Numbered from the whole stretch's first letter, positions 49,786-61,577 are shown. The stretch: DNA of 61,577 bases, filler included, from Rhabdomonas costata (GCA_019059605.1; 13 parts of 13 records of this genome joined end to end with filler, not necessarily neighbours in it); one strand, 5' to 3'. Notes: a model not told the origin generated them from the sequence alone. Translations and numbers: made by a program.

Positions 49786-51613
49786 NNNNNNNNNNNNNNN
49801 NNNNNNNNNNNNNNNNNNNNNNNNNNNNNNNNNNNNNNNNNNNNNNNNNNNNNNNNNNNNNNNNNNNNNNNNNNNNNNNNNNNNNNNNNNNNNNNNNNNN
49901 NNNNNNNNNNNNNNNNNNNNNNNNNNNNNNNNNNNNNNNNNNNNNNNNNNNNNNNNNNNNNNNNNNNNNNNNNNNNNNNNNNNNNNNNNNNNNNNNNNNN
50001 NNNNNNNNNNNNNNNNNNNNNNNNNNNNNNNNNNNNNNNNNNNNNNNNNNNNNNNNNNNNNNNNNNNNNNNNNNNNNNNNNNNNNNNNNNNNNNNNNNNN
50101 NNNNNNNNNNNNNNNNNNNNNNNNNNNNNNNNNNNNNNNNNNNNNNNNNNNNNNNNNNNNNNNNNNNNNNNNNNNNNNNNNNNNNNNNNNNNNNNNNNNN
50201 NNNNNNNNNNNNNNNNNNNNNNNNNNNNNNNNNNNNNNNNNNNNNNNNNNNNNNNNNNNNNNNNNNNNNNNNNNNNNNNNNNNNNNNNNNNNNNNNNNNN
50301 NNNNNNNNNNNNNNNNNNNNNNNNNNNNNNNNNNNNNNNNNNNNNNNNNNNNNNNNNNNNNNNNNNNNNNNNNNNNNNNNNNNNNNNNNNNNNNNNNNNN
50401 NNNNNNNNNNNNNNNNNNNNNNNNNNNNNNNNNNNNNNNNNNNNNNNNNNNNNNNNNNNNNNNNNNNNNNNNNNNNNNNNNNNNNNNNNNNNNNNNNNNN
50501 NNNNNNNNNNNNNNNNNNNNNNNNNNNNNNNNNNNNNNNNNNNNNNNNNNNNNNNNNNNNNNNNNNNNNNNNNNNNNNNNNNNNNNNNNNNNNNNNNGGT
50601 ATGCCCTTTCCTTTAAAACTGTGCCCTTTACCCTTCTCATATACTCTACCCTTCGCATATACTCTTGCTTCTCCAACTCACTGGCTCATTCTTCTAGCTC
50701 GGCGCAAGTACCTTGAATCCCCAAAGGCTCTGCGCTTGCCTGCATGTGATTCCAATAGACTACCTGCAGCTTATTATGTGATGCACATCCTCATCCCCAA
50801 TCTATTCACTCATGTGTTATGCCAAAAGTGTGTGAATCTCTCCTCGCCTCAGAAGATCTGTAATTTCTCGTCTAACTTTCTACAAGAATGTATCCCGCAG
50901 CCCTGAAGAATTCATGAGTCAAGAGTCAAAGTTTTCGCAAGCTTCCGATTATCGATTTCCCTGACTCCAAATCGAAAGGCACGAACCAGTAAAAGCGCAA
51001 AAAAAAAACCACCAGAAAATCAATGGTATTGGACATTGAAACGACCAAATAAGTTCGAAAACGGTGTTTTCCCAAGGCATCCCAGCACCTCGGCCGGCTG
51101 ACTTTTCGGTCGGCCACATCCAAACGACTCTTTTTTCGTTCACCTACCTCGGTAATTCTACTCTCAAGCAGCTTTTAGTTGAACCAAAAATAACTCATCA
51201 CGTTTTCCCGATTTGTGGTTTTGGTTGCTCTTGGTACTTCCCCAAGGGGGTTGTTTTCGTTTTTCTTTCATCTTGCCCACCGGAGGTAAAATTGAAATCA
51301 CTGGCACATCCAGTCGCCAGACAACAGCTCCACCGGCTTAGTGAAACCCCTGCAACTCACCAGAACATACAAATCTGCATGTGTCAACTTGAATCGCTTC
51401 GGTGCAATGCCCGTGTCTACCCACCCAATTGGGTCACTCAAAGCATCTCGCCCCTGCCAGACCGTCGCCACCCCTACCTGAATATATTCATGTCAAAGCT
51501 TCCACCTCATGCAGTGTCCTGGCATTGATCCACGGAAATTTGCTAAAATCCGAATTCATTTTTCAAATGCGAAGACCGGAATACAAATGTGCTTTCTGTG
51601 CTGCCTTTTTCAG

Positions 51614-52062
51614 GTGTACTACAAAGAAGCCTATGGTGCACTTGTTGTACATGACATCACGAAGCCCGACTCCCTCGAGGCAGCTCTCAAATGGAAGAAC
51701 GACATCGACCACAAAGTATGCACAGTATGCACAGAGCTTTGATATCGGCAAACACTCTGTATCGGGCCTCGTGTATTTTTTGAAGGGACGTTAAACGTTG
51801 AGCAGTGCTACCCTCCCCCCTTATTTAAATGTCTGTCAATTCCAAACACCCCCCAAACCGAAAACGTTTAGCACTGGAAAGCGCTGAACACAGGAGTCAC
51901 AGAACAAGTGAAGAGTGACAAAAATCCGCTAAATGTGCCAGAGGTGCACAGCTCACCTTACTTCTTGCCAGTAGTCCCTTTGATTCCCGGGGTTTTGCAA
52001 CCCACACTCAGGTCTACCTCCCTGACGACTCTCCGATTCCCTGCGTCTTGCTCTCCAACAAA
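51614..52062 (+). CDS. RAB32: Rab32/Rab38-family GTPase, internal exons
   Basis: Exons 51614-51715 (VYYKEAYGALVVHDITKPDSLEAALKWKNDIDHK) and 52012-52062 (VYLPDDSPIPCVLLSNK) match the Rab32/38 signature VYYKEA...KWK.D.D.KV.LP...PIP.VLL.NK. Confidence 0.85.
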
Positions 52063-52345
52063 GTATTGTCGCACTTCTCTTCCATTGCCCAGGACACCAG
52101 GACCAGCACGAAGCTATGGTTTTGGACGTAGTTAAGTGGTTTTGGCTGGACGTGTNNNNNNNNNNNNNNNNNNNNNNNNNNNNNNNNNNNNNNNNNNNNT
52201 TAATTAATTAANNNNNNNNNNNNNNNNNNNNNNNNNNNNNNNNNNNNNNNNNNNNTTATGTGAGAATCGTCCATCCATAACATATTAATACAGTATACGC
52301 CTCCGCCTCCGCCGTCCTTCTTTCCCCTTGTTATCCCAATTTCAC

Positions 52346-55332
52346 CTGTGGGGTGATGCCTCTGAGGTAGGACGCGGACCATGGACTGCAGCTTTCGCCT
52401 CAGCCCTGGCCAGCTCCGCAAGGATAGCCTACCACCAGAAAAAATTTCCTCCAAGCAGAGCCGAAAAACATGACCCGGGTATGTCAGCAAATCACACAGA
52501 TTAACTGCACAAAAAACAGGGAAAACCATTGCAGCCTTGGACAGAAGTTGTTGGACAAGATTTGCCCAGAGACAAAATCGCCCCCCCCCAACCCCACCGC
52601 AAGAAAAATATGACCTACCACGGACAAGAAGGCGGCCGGGCGATTGCAGACAGAAAAACGAAGAAGAAATAGGATAACACCTCCTCGGGCTTTGGGGCTG
52701 GCCTGTCCAGATTGGCGTTGTGCAGGACTACATACCGCTTGTACCTAAGTTCGCAAAGGGCAGACCGGGGGTGTGGGTACAGAAGGTAAATAGATAACCG
52801 CGCGCAAGATTGCGCAACAGTTTTTAGCAAAACACCAAAATGAGAATGACAGAGCAGAAAAATCAACTCCTTCAGGGAACTGTCTAAAGTGCTTAACAAG
52901 CAGCTCATGCAGAATCGCAACAACAATCTGAATCCCGTTCAGAGCCATAGATCATAGGAAACACGGTACGGTAACCCCTTGGTGCAGTGGCTTTCAAAAC
53001 AGGAAATCTTCGCCGTCAAACGCCCCGGCAGAAACAGCGTCACCTGCTCAACAGGCTCATCAGATGTTTCTTTTCGGGATGTCACTGACGCGCAATAATT
53101 CAAAGAAGCAACCAATCACACCAATCTAAATGCAGCCTACCCCTTTTCTTTTCACTCCGTTTCAAGTCGTTTCTAATCCTATCCAGTTCAACCATCGTAT
53201 CTCTGCTTCGCCTCCAATGCGAGATGCCCCTGAAACCTGTCGATTAGAGTGCGCCGGTCCCCTTTTGCGCTGAGTCGGGCTCTCCCCAGCCAGGACCGGA
53301 TCTCAGGCAAGGTCATCAAGTTAAACACGGGCACCGCCAGACGCCGAGAAGCCTGGATCATTAAAAGTGGAAGGGAAAGAGATAATAGCAACGTGTTTGC
53401 ATATACAAGTGACTTTTAAGCAAATTACGAGGCGCGCGCAAAACCGCGCGAACTAGAAAGCAAACACCAAACTCAAAGCATACTATCATAGAAGGGGTGG
53501 CAGTACCAAAGCATGAAACAGGTACGTAGAAGCAAGGCAATTATTATACTGAAGGCCATGATCGACCACACGCACCTGCACTGCAGTTGACGTCGCATTG
53601 GAAGCTGGGGGTGGTGGGTGGCAGGGATTCCCGGGCTCAGGCTTGATGGCCACTCCCTTGCGGCCGCCACTGTCACTGCAACTAGTACTGCTTGACGCCC
53701 CTGCAGCAGGGCGAGAAGCTCCCGCTCCCGCCCGCAGGCAAAAGTCCAGGTGCAGATTTATCCCATACTGGGGAACCTCCGTACCACAGCTCGGGCACTT
53801 CACACGCACATGTGGGGGTTTCGCAGGGCCAGAAACTTCGTCCGGGTGAGGACAGCTCTCCTGTTGACCCTGGCAGCAAGCATCGCAACGGCAAACGTGG
53901 GGCACACATACAGCAGAAAAACAAAAAAAGCACATTAAAACCGAAAGCATCGAATCTGGATCAGATAAGCTTTTGGAAAGGAAACAAAAACCAACCGATT
54001 CGGCGGCTGCTTCGGGCGGCAGAGACAGCAATGACTCGGGACGGCAGGGAGGGCATCGCTTTCTTTGTTTCAACCAGCAGGTAATGAAAAAGGAGATGAA
54101 ACATTGGATGGGAAAAGAGTAAAAGAGTTGCTCAGCTCACGAAGAATGATACCTCCAGTTCGCCAGGTTGGGAGATGACCTCATCAACCAAAAGATCATC
54201 TTCGTTTTCTAAAATCCCTGTCCAAAAAAAAGCCTGCCGTCACACTACAACGGAGAAATCAGTCCCGAAAAAATCCCCCCAACCCATTCTCACCATCGAT
54301 TGAATGTCACCAGTGTGTCCATGTGGGTGTGTAATCATAGCAGACACTACCTTTGACGGTTTCAGGAGGAAACGGAGTCATGTTTCATACGCGATACGCG
54401 CCTGGCTCAGTATTATTTTGCTTGTTTGCTTCTCTTCCGTTAAACTCACTGGTAGCACTCGATTTGGATTGATTGCAAAGTCCGCTTTGACCCAACAGCT
54501 AAGCAAAAAAATATACTCGGCTACCATGCAGTGCCACAAAATGCATGCCATTGATCTGTTGCCCTGGGGCCCCATGAGTGGTCCGCGAACCACAGCCCCG
54601 TGCATGAACCTCAGTATTAGTCACGGGCTGTGAGCGAAGCAGCAATAAAAAACACGCGCGCGATGGAATGCAGTCAAGGCGAACGGGTGTGTGCATTCTT
54701 CCGAATGATGAGAATGAAGGCTATATATAATTGCTTGTCCATAGATTTTCCTTTTTTTTTCACGTTAGCACGTCAAATTCAGGATTCCCAACAACAGTGG
54801 AGCTGTAGGCACGGCAAACTTCAGGGAATACCAACCTTTCCACGTAATCATTGTCCAAAAAGGCATTTGAGTAAAAAGAAAAATGGGATACCTTCTGGGC
54901 ACTGAGCTGGCCAGCGCAGAACTTCTGCAGGGCAGGGGCAGCCTCGGACCAGGCCTGAACAAGGCGGTCCAGTGTCCGGTTGGGCACGATGTCATCTGTG
55001 GTGGCATCTCTTTTGCAGCTGGGGCAACGCTGCTGCGCCGCCTGAGAATTAGAGAACAACACAGACATGGAGAGAGTATACAAATTCAATCGGCACAACT
55101 CGTCAAGATTTTGGCTCGGCTGTCGGGTCAATCAATGCCACAAGAGACACGAGAACAGATTGTTACAAACCAGTGCGGTGCGCAAGCACAAGCTGCAGAA
55201 GCTGTGGCCACAACCCCCAAGCAGCACAGAGCAGTCCAGGGGTCCTTTACAAATGGGGCAGCGGAGGTGTTCTGCGAGGCCACTGAGGGCCTGAACAGGA
55301 AACGTGAAGAAGACGTCGTCATCGTCTACCAT
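52346..55332 (-). CDS. RAD18: RAD18-like E3 ligase (RING + UBZ4 + SAP)
   Basis: RING exons 55332-55171 and 55041-54892 (LRCPICK...CGHSFCSLCLR...RCPSCK...PNRTLDRLV); UBZ VKCPSCGTEVPQYGINLHLDFCL (about 53790-53725); SAP exon 53352-53237; exon 52744-52681 RYKRYVVLHNANLDRPAPKPEE. Linker exons were not fully resolved. Confidence 0.9.
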
Positions 55333-55913
55333 TTGCAATTAGCTTAGATTGTACAGAAACGCGAAGCTTCCGCAAAAATAGAGGTAGGGCTCATAAAAGA
55401 GTCGCCCTGAAAAGACAAATCCAGTCGCTGAAATCGAGAAAACGGCGCACAAAAGGCAGCATCGCAACGCAAGTGTTCGCAGCGTGCACATACGTCATAC
55501 AGCAGAGTCAGTGCGGTTGCAATGCTGTGGGGTTTTCACACGCCCGGATTGGCTGCTTGAGGTGGGGGAAAATGAAAATTGGGAGAACCTTCCTAACTCA
55601 GTCTCTGCAGTCATTGTAGGTATCAGCAACGACAAACCCGCAGCTGTTTTCTCCAGGCAAGCGAAGTCAAAAACGAACGCTTTCCAGGAGCCTGCGCACG
55701 AAGATATTTTAACCCACCACTTTCCAACCAAATGCCATGGGAACGTGACTGAGGCGCCCGACATCACAAGCACCCCCGTCATACGCAGGGACACATCGAC
55801 ATTGATAGCATCTGTTTACGCACTGAAAGCAGAGCAAAATTCACTGAGGTGCATAAAGTACAGCTTCCAGTCTCTGGAGCGCGCAGGCGCGACAGGGGAC
55901 ATCTCCCCCAGTC

Positions 55914-56870
55914 TCAGAGGTGAATGCCCAGGTCTGAAAGGTTGCCGGTTTCCACTCCCATGTCGTCTCCAGCATCAGGGGAGGGGGAGCGGTGCTCCGC
56001 CTTCGCATTGTCCTTGTCCTTTCCTTTCTTGTCCTTCTTGGACTTGTCCTTATCCTTGTCCTTGTCTTTCTTCTTGTCCTTCTTCTTCTTCTTGGAAGTG
56101 AAGGCCAGGAGCCACTCACCCACTTCAAACAGAGCGGTCCCCGCAGCAGCAGAGTCCGGGGGTGGCGCCGTCAAGTATTGCTCACAAAGACCCTCAGCTT
56201 CGGACCTGCACAGGAGGAAGGGAGGGATGAAAGACGGTGGGGAATGTGGCCCAGTCCGAAGGGTTGAGCAAAGAAAAAGAGATAAGAAATAACCAGCGTT
56301 CATTTTCACAGAAAGAAGTCAAGGAGAGAAGGTGACCCACCTGCCCAAAACCCACCTGCAGGCTTTCATATTTTGTGAGGTTCTGCACAGCAAATTCAAA
56401 GCCAATCCCAAATCGGTGTTCGCCTCAATCAAAGCCACAGATAAGGTTCAAAAGACCTCAAGAGTTCAAGACCAGACCAAAAACGTTGCAAGCTATTCAA
56501 CACTGCAGCGCAGAAGGCATTCCGAACACCCACTTATTTGAATTTCCCGTTTCCCATTTCCCATCAAAGACAGCAAATTCTTGTCGCCTCTTTTCTGCAA
56601 ATAAGGGAGCTCCTGCCGAAGGGCAGAAAAGAGACTATGAACGTCCAAAGGACAGAAAGGGAGGGTCCACCCGCATGAGACGATACTCAAACCAAACGAA
56701 GCAAACGCGCACCTCAGCTTCTTGCAGGTATTGGCGCGGCACTCTATGACGTGGGCCACCAGCTCAGCAGGGCAGTCCGGGAAGGCCTCGGCAAGTCCTT
56801 TCACCGCGGCTACCAGCGGGGGACCGCCCTCTGGGGGCGCCTCCACTAAAGCCGCCACGCAGAACACCCC
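55914..56870 (-). CDS. SEC6: Exocyst subunit Sec6/EXOC3-like, 3' exons with Lys/Asp-rich tail
   Basis: Exons 56870-56713 and 56205-55914 give LAEAFPDCPAELVAHVIECRANTCKKLRSEAEGLCEQYL, resembling the Sec6 C-terminal 'PDCP.E.V...V..R' motif, followed by a KKKDKDKD tail and a stop. Confidence 0.65.
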
Positions 56871-57096
56871 NNNNNNNNNNNNNNNNNNNNNNNNNNNNNN
56901 NNNNNNNNNNNNNNTTAATTAATTAANNNNNNNNNNNNNNNNNNNNNNNNNNNNNNNNNNNNNNNNNNNNAGAGAATAACGGTGAAGGTGGCTGCGATCT
57001 CGCAAAAGCTCAGCACAACCACAAATAGAAAAAAAAGATGGCGAATGATGCTGAAAGGTACTTTGCGGTGTGCCCTCTGCAGGTCCCCTGAGAGCC

Positions 57097-59578
57097 TCAA
57101 GATTTGCGAGAGCGGGAGGATTCCTGGGAAGTCGCTGCTGGCTTGGCTGCAGAGATAGCCGTCGAAGTAGCTCCTGTAGGTGGCACTGGTCTGCCTTCTT
57201 GCGCAACTCTTTCTTGTGTGGGTGGTACCTGGTTTTTGGCCGGAGGCTTGGCTGTGACCTGAGAGAGAGGCTGCGTCGGCTGGTTGATCTTTGAGGCTCC
57301 TGGATCTGAAGGCGGTGGTGGTGCGGACGGGCTGGGGGCGCTGCTGTGCACCACAGAATCATGGAGTGGAACTTGAGCTGGCGGTGCAGGTGGTTTTGAT
57401 AAATGAGGCGTCGCAAGGCCTCCTGGGTGGGCTGCCGCGTAGCTCTGGTTTGCTGCCGGTGGTTGTGGTCCTTGCAGCTCGATCACCTTCGCAAGTATGA
57501 GCAGGTGACCTGCTGCAGGCAAGTCGCTTGCTGGGGTCACTGACATGTCACTACAGCGCCACCAAGCTGATCCATTCTTGGTCCAGGCCACCCAGTGATT
57601 CTCTTCAGGTAGGAACTGCACTGTACCGAGGGGTTCCATTGCCTTCCCCGCGAACGCAAACGGCCTAACGATAACTTTTGGGAGGTGCTCCAATCGCTGA
57701 GCAATGCTGAACATAACCAGAGTTCCCTTCAGCTGCCATGTAGCTTTCAACTCCACTCCTTCTGTAAAGAGTAAACTGGGCCACAAATCGGACAAGTCAC
57801 CGGATTGACCCTGCCGCCCTCGTCAATGGTGGCAACGATCTCAGCGAGATCTGTTCTGGATGGTTTGGAGATCATGACAGTGTGGCAGATTTCGGCTTCG
57901 CGGGAGACTTCATCCCTGCACTAGGGACAGACAAAGGAGATGTGCTTCTGAACTGCTGCCGACTGTGGGTGGCAACGGTCAGCCAGTTGTCCCCACAGCA
58001 TTCGGGCATCTTCCCAACGGTCTGCACGGTCGGATGGAATTGCAAGCATGCTCTTCATCTGGCGAAGCAATTGCGTGGTCAAGTCAGAGCTTGGAGATGA
58101 CCCGCTTGCTAGCTGCTTTATGGTTGCAACCATGTTGACGGCGGCCTCGTAGGATGTAACTTGGCCGATGTCATCAGCGAGCGGTTTGCACGATGAAATG
58201 ACCTGCAACATTGCGTTCAGGCTGCATGTTGACCCCCTGGGGTTGGGACAACCTGGAGGTTTTCGAATGGACAATCCATTGATTTCGTCGACACCGAGGG
58301 TTTGTGACAAAGTGCGGGTCAACGGAGAAAAAGCCGATGGCTCGTGGGACGGAAGAGGCCAGCTGGTATTGTCACTTGGTTGAAAGAGGCTCACATGGAC
58401 CCCTGGCTTCTTGCAAATGCCAAATTCCGGGACTTCGTGGTAGCGAGCCCATACAAAAACGTCCCACCTGGATCCCTTTGGAAAGCAGGAACGAAGCTTT
58501 TCGTTCACCTCCAGCGCAGTCGGCACGTCCTTGAGTTTCAGCGACCAATCCTGGCAGACGAATTCGAGCGATTGCCTGCCGTCGAAGATGAACTCTTCGC
58601 CTTCTGGATCGCCATCCGGCGTTTTCATCAAGACCTTGAACTCGATGAACTTCTGCTCTGGAGCAGTTTGCCTTTAAAAAATAACGTTATCGTGTTACTA
58701 TGAAGAACTATGAAGAGCTGCAAGCACACTACCACAGAGATGCAAAGAAGAATAACAGAACACAGAAGAAAAGGAGAATAAGAATAAGTGGCGTCAGGAA
58801 GCACGAAAACGAAGATGCAAGGAAGAAGAGCAGCGAACATACCCAACGCAGAAGGGGCACGCCTTCATTCTCTCGTCGAACTGAACGACCGAATGACACT
58901 GAGGGTTTCCGCATCCCCAGTAGGTGTTTGTAGCACCAGCCATGAGGGAAATGACCTCGCAGTCTCTGATGAAGGCTGTTGTCATCGAGCCCTTCTCAGG
59001 GCTCAGGGCCATGGAAACCTTCCAGCCAAAGGAAAATGGGTTGTAAGCCGAACCCAAATAATGGGTCAGCAGCACTGGCGCCTCGTTGCAGTGGAGCTCA
59101 AGCACATCGAGCCTGGTGTTTCCCCAGAATTTGCCTTCCATGTGGTGGCGCATGACAATGCCTGAAAGCAGAAGAATTGAGAAGACAAATACCTTAACTC
59201 GCAGGTGGCAATGAAGCCTCGGAAAAGACTGCATGTACCAGTTCCTGGCTGAAGTGCTTGACGGCAGTGGTTCGCAATCTATGCCAGACGGTTGTTTTCA
59301 TTCAGAAAGAGAACGCCAGAATTCCCCTTGCTGTCCATCACCAGAAGCATTTTGGGGCTTCCCTTCTCCAACATATTGCCCGACGTCTTCTTCAGCTTGT
59401 TTTGCATTCTGTCCAAAAGAGTTGGCCGGAACGTCGTTTCCACATCCGCCAACTGGATGCCAGCGTGGTGAACGAAGAGGCAAATGCAATAATCCATGGA
59501 AGGGTCCTTCATGCCGACTTCTTCTAGAGTGATAGGAATTGCTCTTTGAAGCATTTTTATCTGGTCGGCGTACGACAT
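57097..59578 (-). pseudogene. Disrupted gene: RPA70-like tandem OB folds with a zinc ribbon, fused to a USP/peptidase C19-like domain
   Basis: Phase-consistent exons at about 59578-59239, 59161-58843 and 58671-57097. OB-like LLVMDSKGNSGVLFL...PGTGIVMRH...FWGNTRL; Zn ribbon YWGCGNPQC...CPFC; USP Cys box PGCPNPRGSTCSLNAMLQ, WEDA, CP*C...CPIC, His box NHWVAWTKNGSAWWRCSDMSV. In-frame TAG at 59279-81 and 57921-23, and a frameshift near 57770. Confidence 0.65.
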
Positions 59579-61308
59579 TGTATGGCGAAAAAAATTCTAA
59601 AATAAAGCGGTTACTATTGAGAAGACCATTCAAAAAAATTTAGCATTTCCACGCAAGCGCGTGCAGAAGAAGAAAAACAACAAAGCAAAAGTGGTTTGTT
59701 TCACATCAATGTTTTTGTGCGATAGGCATAGTGTGCTCGATTTTCAACGGCATTCCAGAAGATTTCGTTCTTTGGATGTTTGCATCCTTTATTTTATGAA
59801 ATCCGGTGCACTGATATAGATATTAATTTGGACAGTTCATCGTTAAATCACCAATTTTTTTGGTGCTGAATTTGGAGAGACGGATGGATGTCCACTTGAA
59901 GCAGGCAACAACCAAGATTTTTCTGATCACGGCTGCATAAGGCCGCATAAGTCATAAGGCCCAAGTGAACACTGGAAGGACAAATATATGAATTGGCTTG
60001 CTTTCCGTGTTCTTTTGTCACATTCTCAGGTGGCGTTCTCCGGCATGACTATCGGCGTTCGGCTTTGTCACCTCGAGCATTGTCGTCTGAAAGAGAGCAG
60101 CGCAAAAGAATGCAATTGTATACAAAGAAATAACACGCTTTGGTTAGGAGGTATTTTGTTCCACGGTTTCTTGAGTTATGTTTGTTCCTAATACACTTCT
60201 CATGCATACACTTGCAGAGTTTGTCGTCAAGGACAAACGCAATTACTCGGATACAGAACCTGGGATTAGGAAGTTCCCTGAAATTGTGAAGGAAAAGGCA
60301 GAAGGCTGATAACTCTTCTGTTTGCGCTGTTGATGCATTTAGCAAACCTGACGATTGGTACCGAATGTCAGGTCCTCGGTCAGCGGTTTCCTTTCGGCCG
60401 AAGACCCCTGAAATGCAATCAGAAAACGCCAAAACGTGAAAATCGCTCAGTACGCGGGTAATTGGTAGAACGGAGCGAAATGTTACCTCCGAATCGCAAT
60501 GGGTTTCAGCGCGCTGAACTTCTTCTGCATGATTTGACGATGATCCCTGAGAAAAGCAAATCGAGCTTTTAAATGCTGTCATTGAGTTTAAGTGGCGGCT
60601 ATTTTTCAATCCAATGCACAATTTTATGCTGCAATTTGTTTCTCACCTGTTCGCTATCAATGTCAAACAGAAGGGAGATTATCTCGTCAGCCACGTGGGA
60701 GGAGAAAGAAGGGCGTCCTCGCGTCCTGGGTTCAAGACCTTGACGTCCGCGTTGCTGAGCAACACGCCGACGATGTGTTCTGGGGCAGCAGTTTTCATCC
60801 AGTTTTTGTTTGCGTCCTCTTTTCGGAGTGGCTTCATTCTCATGTGAATAATGCCCCTCTTTCTCATTCACATCGCCCACGTCATGCTGCTCGTTCTCGT
60901 CGTCCTGCTGTCGTGGATGATAATCGTTCCCATTGCGATTGCATGGTTCTTCAGTAACGCGCTTCTCGTGGTGGCTTGCTTGCATTTGAGGTTTTTGTGG
61001 TTGACTTTTCCCGTGAGACTTGTTCTCCCTCCCTGTTTCTGCCAGCATTCTAAAATCCATTTGAGCTTTGAGCTGAGAGAAAATTCTGAAAGACATGAAG
61101 CAGCAGTATGTGCGCATGTGAATTTGCATTTGTGCGCATGTGGAATTACAGTTTCACAGAATGACAATGTCTTTTGGGAAACCTGAACTTCGGATACTGC
61201 TAGATGCTGACTTGCAGGATGACAGAAAACAAATGATGCGCAGCTGTACGAATGGTTGTCTTCTTGTGTGCCAGCGCAGTGTTGTTGCCTGAATTGAAGT
61301 ATCATTTT

Positions 61309-61354
61309 AAGGTCTCAGTCTTTCCCCCGTTTGCGGGGGAAAGACGGAGACCTT
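61309..61354. repeat. Strong GC-rich hairpin (21-bp stem, one mismatch, TTTG loop)
   Basis: AAGGTCTC(A)GTCTTTCCCCCG-TTTG-CGGGGGAAAGAC(G)GAGACCTT; the downstream arm ends in a run of five T. Confidence 0.8.
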
Positions 61355-61577
61355 TTTCGCTTCCAAGATGTGAAATGCAAAAAAAAGTAGTTTATGTGAT
61401 TTTACAATGTTTTTATCGGATTTATTTCCCAGACACATCTTTTAGTGCACCGCCGATGGAGCCCGCGAATCACCCCGTTCCCCCTGTCGTAGCGATGCCT
61501 TTTGTGGGACAACCGCTGAGTACCGTGTGCCCACCCCTCGCTCAACCTAACTTCGCTCAACCCTACACCCACCACCC

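Noticed and set aside
49609-50906. Long ORFs spanning the N gap, including the 952-aa call starting at 50676
   Set aside because: Their length is inflated by Ns; only 49785-47818 is supported as coding.
57921-59281. Possible TAG-to-Gln reassignment, since in-frame TAGs fall at plausible Gln positions (CP*C, RLA*IA)
   Set aside because: The same gene also has a frameshift, and no in-frame TAG was seen in the conserved genes or long intact ORFs. CAG-to-TAG decay in a pseudogene is the simpler explanation.
52346-59578. Apparent ubiquitin/DNA-repair cluster (RAD18 next to the RPA-USP-like gene; Rpt6 and Ubl elsewhere)
   Set aside because: These lie on different contigs joined by artificial linkers, so adjacency has no biological meaning.
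61311-61358. Rho-independent terminator
   Set aside because: The hairpin and T run fit, but the contig has spliceosomal-type introns and no plus-strand bacterial-like gene upstream.
1-61577. Assignment to a specific taxon, or presence of spliced-leader, rRNA or CRISPR loci
   Set aside because: No diagnostic marker was recognised; the gene content supports only an intron-rich, probably flagellated microbial eukaryote.

Overview
This window is not one locus. It is 13 unlinked contigs or scaffolds of about 4.6 kb each, joined by 100-nt N44-TTAATTAATTAA-N44 linkers. Contigs: 1-4661, 4762-9415, 9516-14169, 14270-18954, 19055-23705, 23806-28448, 28549-33194, 33295-37929, 38030-42661, 42762-47382, 47483-52155 (internal N gap 49786-50598), 52256-56870, 56971-61577. 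The DNA comes from an intron-rich (GT-AG), probably flagellated microbial eukaryote. Most contigs start with G/T-only bases and end with A/C-only bases, and two have terminal fold-backs, which points to whole-genome-amplified (single-cell-type) material. Recognisable gene fragments, spliced by hand: proteasome ATPase Rpt6, 5'-nucleotidase, RAD18, exocyst Sec6, Rab32/38, an NF-X1-type RING gene, a CCDC40-like gene, a cyclic-nucleotide-binding channel, a dCache_1 membrane receptor, a WD40 array, an intronless VIT/vWA-like protein, a >1500-codon intronless surface-type ORF missed by the ORF track, and extracellular Cys-module/kelch/sushi genes. The most unusual items are: (i) a decayed gene that appears to fuse RPA70-like OB folds to a USP-type deubiquitinase domain; (ii) a decayed CRE-like non-LTR retrotransposon with an apparent ubiquitin-like domain in frame after its endonuclease; (iii) phase 1-1 exon-shuffled extracellular modules; (iv) a channel with a non-canonical pore filter. 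All domain calls come from motif recognition by eye; no database searches were run.
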